Assembly: GCA_963664815.2 (NCBI GenBank)
Contig: CAXXHB010000003.1
Coordinates: 3,584,001 to 3,648,000, forward strand
DNA: 64,000 nucleotides
Direction of reading: 5' to 3'
From: Spirochaetota bacterium
GTDB lineage: Bacteria; Spirochaetota; UBA4802; UBA5550
Shown here: positions 59,871 to 64,000 of the stretch, piece by piece
Layout: each line of letters starts with the position of its first letter
Numbering within the stretch: the stretch's first letter is position 1
Translations under genes and position numbers: made by a program
Notes under the pieces: generated by a model
What the model saw: only the letters and a program-made list of their open reading frames with translations
Database searches by the model: none
What the model was told of the DNA's origin: nothing

Positions 59871-61244
59871 ATGCTTTTTTATTCATGGACCTTTCTTCTC
59901 TTTTTTGCAGTTGTTTACTCCGTTTTTTCGGCAGTTAAAAAACCCCGGCAGAAAAGAGATGTAATACTCATTGCTTCGTTTATCTTTTACGGGTGGTGGA
60001 ATCCGCTATACCTTCTGCTCATCTCATGGGTAATCCTGTTTGACTATATATCAGTTTTTTTAATGGAGAAAACAGGCAGAAAAAAATTATTTCTTTCACT
60101 GAGCATTCTCAACACCATTGTGATACTGAGTTTCTTCAAGTATTCCGGTTTTATTGTAAGCAACATAAACTCAATATTAAGCATATGTGGAGCGGATTAC
60201 TCTATCCCTTCCGGAGGAGTCCTTTTCCCTGTGGGGATTTCATTCTTTCTGTTCCTGTCTCTGGGCAATACTATAGACTGCTACTTCGGACGGACTGAAA
60301 GAGAAAGGAGTTTAATCCAGTATGCATCTTTTGTATCATTCTTCCCTTCACTCCTTGCCGGCCCCATTGAACGGGGTCATCACCTTATCCCTCTTGTCAA
60401 ATCATGGCCGGAAGTCAGAAGTGATGACATTGCCGAAGGAATATATCTCTTCATACAGGGAATGTTCAAAAAAATTGCCCTGGCCGATTACTTCCTGCTG
60501 TACTCGGATAAAATATTCGGAAATCCGGCACAGTTCACATCCGGCGATCTTCTTGCCGGTGCGCTTGCATTCACCTGGCAGATATATTTCGACTTCAGTG
60601 GATACACCGACATGGCACGAGGTGTTGCCCGGATGCTTGGGATAAACCTGATGGAAAATTTCAACCTGCCATATATGGCCGCAAGTACAGGTGATTTCTG
60701 GGGACGCTGGCATATAAGCCTTTCATCATGGTTCAGGGACTATCTCTATATCCCCCTTGGCGGGAACAGGAAAGGGAAACTTAAAGAGACCAGAAATACC
60801 TTTGCAACCATGCTCATGTCCGGATTATGGCATGGTGCATCCTGGAATTTTGTTCTGTGGGGATTTATGCACGCGGTCATTCATTCTACAGGAAAACAGA
60901 TAGGAAAGATTAAAGCAACGGATAAAATCCCGGTATTTGTTCGCCGTGTTATTGTATTTGTAATTATTGTTTTCACATGGATATTTTTCCGTTCTGAAAA
61001 TGCTGCAGATGCGTTTACATTCATTGGAAGAATATTCACAACTGAATTCACCGTTCCGCAGATGCCGCTTTTTATGGCAGGGCTGATTACAGTCTGTTAT
61101 GCTTTCCAGTGGCTGAAGGAATACAGGATGATCGGGTTTACAGATAAACCCGCATACCGTTGCGCTGCGATAATATTCATGCTCGCATACATTCTGTTTT
61201 TTGTCACGAACAGTTCCGGTGAATTTATATATTTTCAATTTTAA
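59871..61244 (+). CDS. MBOAT O-acyltransferase (AlgI/PatA/DltB-like)
   Basis: PVGISF, AGPIER, YFDFSGY, FWGRWHISLS, SGLWHGA, C-terminal FIYFQF. Confidence 0.93.
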   Translation: MLFYSWTFLLFFAVVYSVFSAVKKPRQKRDVILIASFIFYGWWNPLYLLLISWVILFDYISVFLMEKTGRKKLFLSLSILNTIVILSFFKYSGFIVSNINSILSICGADYSIPSGGVLFPVGISFFLFLSLGNTIDCYFGRTERERSLIQYASFVSFFPSLLAGPIERGHHLIPLVKSWPEVRSDDIAEGIYLFIQGMFKKIALADYFLLYSDKIFGNPAQFTSGDLLAGALAFTWQIYFDFSGYTDMARGVARMLGINLMENFNLPYMAASTGDFWGRWHISLSSWFRDYLYIPLGGNRKGKLKETRNTFATMLMSGLWHGASWNFVLWGFMHAVIHSTGKQIGKIKATDKIPVFVRRVIVFVIIVFTWIFFRSENAADAFTFIGRIFTTEFTVPQMPLFMAGLITVCYAFQWLKEYRMIGFTDKPAYRCAAIIFMLAYILFFVTNSSGEFIYFQF

Positions 61245-61246
61245 TA

Positions 61247-62311
61247 ATGTGCGGTAAAACGGGAAACCTTAAAATGAAAAATCTTAAGTATATAACAATA
61301 TCAATTATCACATTTCTGATACTGGCGGCAGTGATTCCCTTCTCCTTCCCTCTTACCGACAAAGCTTTATTTACAGTCAACTACCGCATACCTTACAGCA
61401 TGGGAGAGGATTACTTTCTATACAACGCCTACTCGAAGCAGGCGGCATCGGAAAATTCCATCCCGGTTATCGGGGACTCTGTTATATGGGGGCATTACAC
61501 TGACAGTGATAATACGCTCTCCGCAAACCTTAACTTACTCAATAAAGATATCAGGTTCAGGAACATGGGACTCGACGGCATTCATCCTGCTTCAATGACA
61601 GGACTGCTCAATCATTATTCACAGAAACTGAAAAACAGGAAAATTATTGTCGGAATAAATCTTCTCTGGATGAGTTCCCCCCGGCACGATCTCACCGGAC
61701 CTGTTAACAGCGAAATAAACCATCGGGTTCTGCTGTCACAGCTGTATCCGGAGATCCCGTCATACAAACCTTCATTCGAAGAAAAGCTTACTGCTCTGAT
61801 AACGCGTTCAATTCCGATATTCTCATGGATAGAACATATAAGATTGACCCGTTTTGCAGAAAAAAGCCTTTACCGCTGGACAATGGAAAACCCGGATAAG
61901 GGAATTATAAAGTATTTCTCCCATAAAGAGGATGGCTTCAAAGCGCCTGAAGGTATTTCACCAGATAAGATGCAGGAACAAAACATCGGATGGGTAACAC
62001 CGGATAAATCCCTGCAGTGGAGATTTATGACCGAAACGCTGTTAACCCTGAAAAACAGCGGCAACAGTGTCGCGGCAGTAATCACACCCTTCAACACTTA
62101 CATGATGACAGCAGAGAGCAGAAAACAGTATTTCTCGATATTATCAGAGATGGAGTGGCAGCTCAGGGAAAAGGGGATTACTCCGGTTATTCCCCTGATC
62201 CTGCAGAAGAAGTATTTTGCAGATTCAAGCCACCCTACAGCTGAGGGATATAAAATAATCGCTGAAGATATCATGAAAAACAGGGAGTTTATTGAGTTTA
62301 TAACGGAATAG
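61247..62311 (+). CDS. SGNH-like acyltransferase partner (DltD/AlgJ/PatB-like)
   Basis: N-terminal TM; IGDSV (Ser block) and DSSH (DxxH); alternative start 61274. Confidence 0.75.
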   Translation: MCGKTGNLKMKNLKYITISIITFLILAAVIPFSFPLTDKALFTVNYRIPYSMGEDYFLYNAYSKQAASENSIPVIGDSVIWGHYTDSDNTLSANLNLLNKDIRFRNMGLDGIHPASMTGLLNHYSQKLKNRKIIVGINLLWMSSPRHDLTGPVNSEINHRVLLSQLYPEIPSYKPSFEEKLTALITRSIPIFSWIEHIRLTRFAEKSLYRWTMENPDKGIIKYFSHKEDGFKAPEGISPDKMQEQNIGWVTPDKSLQWRFMTETLLTLKNSGNSVAAVITPFNTYMMTAESRKQYFSILSEMEWQLREKGITPVIPLILQKKYFADSSHPTAEGYKIIAEDIMKNREFIEFITE

Positions 62312-62314
62312 AGA

Positions 62315-63226
62315 TTACTCCGGCAACACTACCCGCAGTCCGTTCATACCGATACGCTCAAACGGTTCAACGGGCCATCTGCTGTATGAAGTGAAATCCT
62401 TCGGGGAATCAAGCATTGTTCCTCCCCTTACAACACGGTAGACATACTCACCGTCAAAGCCTGATGGATCAGTTTTGTCTTCCCCGGAATAGTAGCTGCG
62501 GCTGTATCTGTCATAACACCACTCTGCGACATTTCCATTCATATCGTATAAACCGAATTTATTAGGTATCCTTGTTCCGACCTTTTTTACCTTGTGATAC
62601 TTGACCCACCAGAATGTTCCGTTGTTGTATCTTCTCATTCCCGCATTGAACATATGCCATGAATACTTTCCTGAAAAGTCCCACGATGAATCCTTTCCCC
62701 AGTAAAAATCGGTTTTAGTTCCGGCACGGCAGCAGTACTCCCATTGAGCCTCTGTTGGCAGACGGAAACCATCAGCCTTTTCATCAACATTCACTTCCCA
62801 CTTTATATTGTCGTTAGGGGAGACATTATCATCATCTTTACTCCCGGTATTAATTTTATAATACGGCTTAAGACCGGCGGCTTCGCTGAGTTTGTTACAA
62901 AACTGGACTGCATCGTACCAGCTGATATTATAAACCGGAAGAGAATCTCCCTCTCCATACTTGCTCTTTTCGCACGGATTGGCCCCGGTCAGTTCCAGAT
63001 ACTGCTTCTGCGTAATCTCATACTTCCCCATCCAGAAACCTTTACTGATGATCACACTGTGCTGAGGAGAGTAATCCCTCCCTTCACAATCTTTTCCCAT
63101 AACATAAGTACCGGAGGGTATGTGCACCATCTGAATATCACCAGTTGTTTTTTCAGTATTGTCCTGCTTCGAATAAACAGTTGTTGCAAATACAATCAGA
63201 ATCAGCAGCAGATATTTTTTTATCAT
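62315..63226 (-). CDS. FGE-sulfatase (SUMF1/CLec-fold) exported protein
   Basis: SGTYVMG, YEITQ, FRLPTEAQWEY, GLYDMNGNVAEWC, GLRVV. Confidence 0.9.
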   Translation of the reverse strand: MIKKYLLLILIVFATTVYSKQDNTEKTTGDIQMVHIPSGTYVMGKDCEGRDYSPQHSVIISKGFWMGKYEITQKQYLELTGANPCEKSKYGEGDSLPVYNISWYDAVQFCNKLSEAAGLKPYYKINTGSKDDDNVSPNDNIKWEVNVDEKADGFRLPTEAQWEYCCRAGTKTDFYWGKDSSWDFSGKYSWHMFNAGMRRYNNGTFWWVKYHKVKKVGTRIPNKFGLYDMNGNVAEWCYDRYSRSYYSGEDKTDPSGFDGEYVYRVVRGGTMLDSPKDFTSYSRWPVEPFERIGMNGLRVVLPE

Positions 63227-63255
63227 AAATATATTAATCCCCGGAATAAAAAAGT

Positions 63256-64000
63256 TTACTTAGCGGCCTGGACTACGCTCTTTTCACCTGTATAATAATC
63301 TGTATATTTATCATCCTTGTCAGGCAGAACCTTATCTATAACTGCACTCCCGCTTTTCTTCCCAAGTATCTCCGGTGAATATTTTATTTCAAGGGGATTG
63401 ATATTCACAGGTATGAGAGTATATGATTCAACACCAGCCCCGCTGAGTGATACCCGCACAAGCATGCTGGTCCTGTGGGCCGCCGAATGCCTCCCTGCAA
63501 AAACAAAATCCCCGAGGCTGTAGAAGATAATTCCGTTCCTGTATCTCTCCACAGGCCCGAGTCCATGCGATTGAGTCCCGAGAATACATGAAACTCCTGC
63601 ATCTATAAGTTTATGCCCAAGTTCCACCTGCTCCCTTTCCGGAGGATTTACAGGATAATCATATCCGACCTCCTGCCCCCAGTGAATACTTACGACAACG
63701 GCGTCAACACTTTCTCTGACCTTCTTTACCGCAGAGCAGAGAAGCTCATCCGATCCCCCTGCTGCACCGGCCCTGCCGGGTCCTGCCCAGACACTTTTAG
63801 GAACGACATTATCGAAGGCGAAAACAGCAACCCGTGTTCCCCTGTGCCAGACATAAACAGGTTTCAAAGCTTCTTCAATATCCCGACCGATTCCCACCGG
63901 AGCAACTCTGATTTTCTCAAGACGCTTTGATGTATCAAACATACCCTCCTCACCTGCATCTTTGATATGATTATTGGCAAGAGATGCAACATCAAAACCG
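63256..64000 (-). CDS. CapA family metallophosphatase, 5' end outside the window
   Basis: Frame open to the window edge with SLANNH; HWGQE, YSLGDFVF. Confidence 0.87.
   Translation of the reverse strand, partial: GFDVASLANNHIKDAGEEGMFDTSKRLEKIRVAPVGIGRDIEEALKPVYVWHRGTRVAVFAFDNVVPKSVWAGPGRAGAAGGSDELLCSAVKKVRESVDAVVVSIHWGQEVGYDYPVNPPEREQVELGHKLIDAGVSCILGTQSHGLGPVERYRNGIIFYSLGDFVFAGRHSAAHRTSMLVRVSLSGAGVESYTLIPVNINPLEIKYSPEILGKKSGSAVIDKVLPDKDDKYTDYYTGEKSVVQAAK

Noticed and set aside
24934-63226. Diversity-generating retroelement, since FGE/CLec-fold genes are typical DGR targets
   Set aside because: No reverse transcriptase or avd gene and no adenine-mismatched TR/VR pair noticed in the window; targeting in trans cannot be excluded
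63256-64000. Poly-gamma-glutamate capsule synthesis (two CapA genes)
   Set aside because: No capB or capC in the window; stand-alone CapA-family proteins are widespread

Overview
AT-rich bacterial chromosomal window, probably from a free-living diderm, spirochaete-like organism. This is inferred from the many lipoproteins with Phe/Ser-rich lipoboxes, several FGE/SUMF1-fold proteins, TolC, beta-barrels and MCPs; it is not proven. No rRNA, tRNA, CRISPR array or intact mobile element was seen. Contents in order: a TetR-Fe-ADH unit with operators; a decayed integron-like region (about 1.9-8.4 kb) with a tyrosine-integrase pseudogene, co-oriented cassette-like genes, an IS91 transposase remnant, REP-like elements and a destroyed vapC; a DUF3160/MEMO(AmrB)/CapA exported trio; an NHL lipoprotein; ArnT-like GT, GT2 and LAB_N; CDP-alcohol transferase plus Wzx; outer-membrane proteins; a TetR-RND-TetR-TolC-FGE operon with no adaptor gene; a 34-aa tandem-repeat protein; Old Yellow Enzyme; an MBL hydrolase; two complementary cNMP-GGDEF paralogues; two MCPs; fur-feoAB with Fur boxes; acyl-CoA dehydrogenase; a 2-aminoethylphosphonate ABC-phnX-phnW operon; SatP; and a TolB-like/FGE/MBOAT/SGNH operon facing FGE and CapA. 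Best candidates for undescribed systems: the propeller-lectin-fold-MBOAT-SGNH acylation locus, the split-function cNMP-GGDEF pair, the DUF3160-MEMO-CapA trio and the 17/34-aa repeat protein. All family calls come from motif recognition by eye, without database searches.
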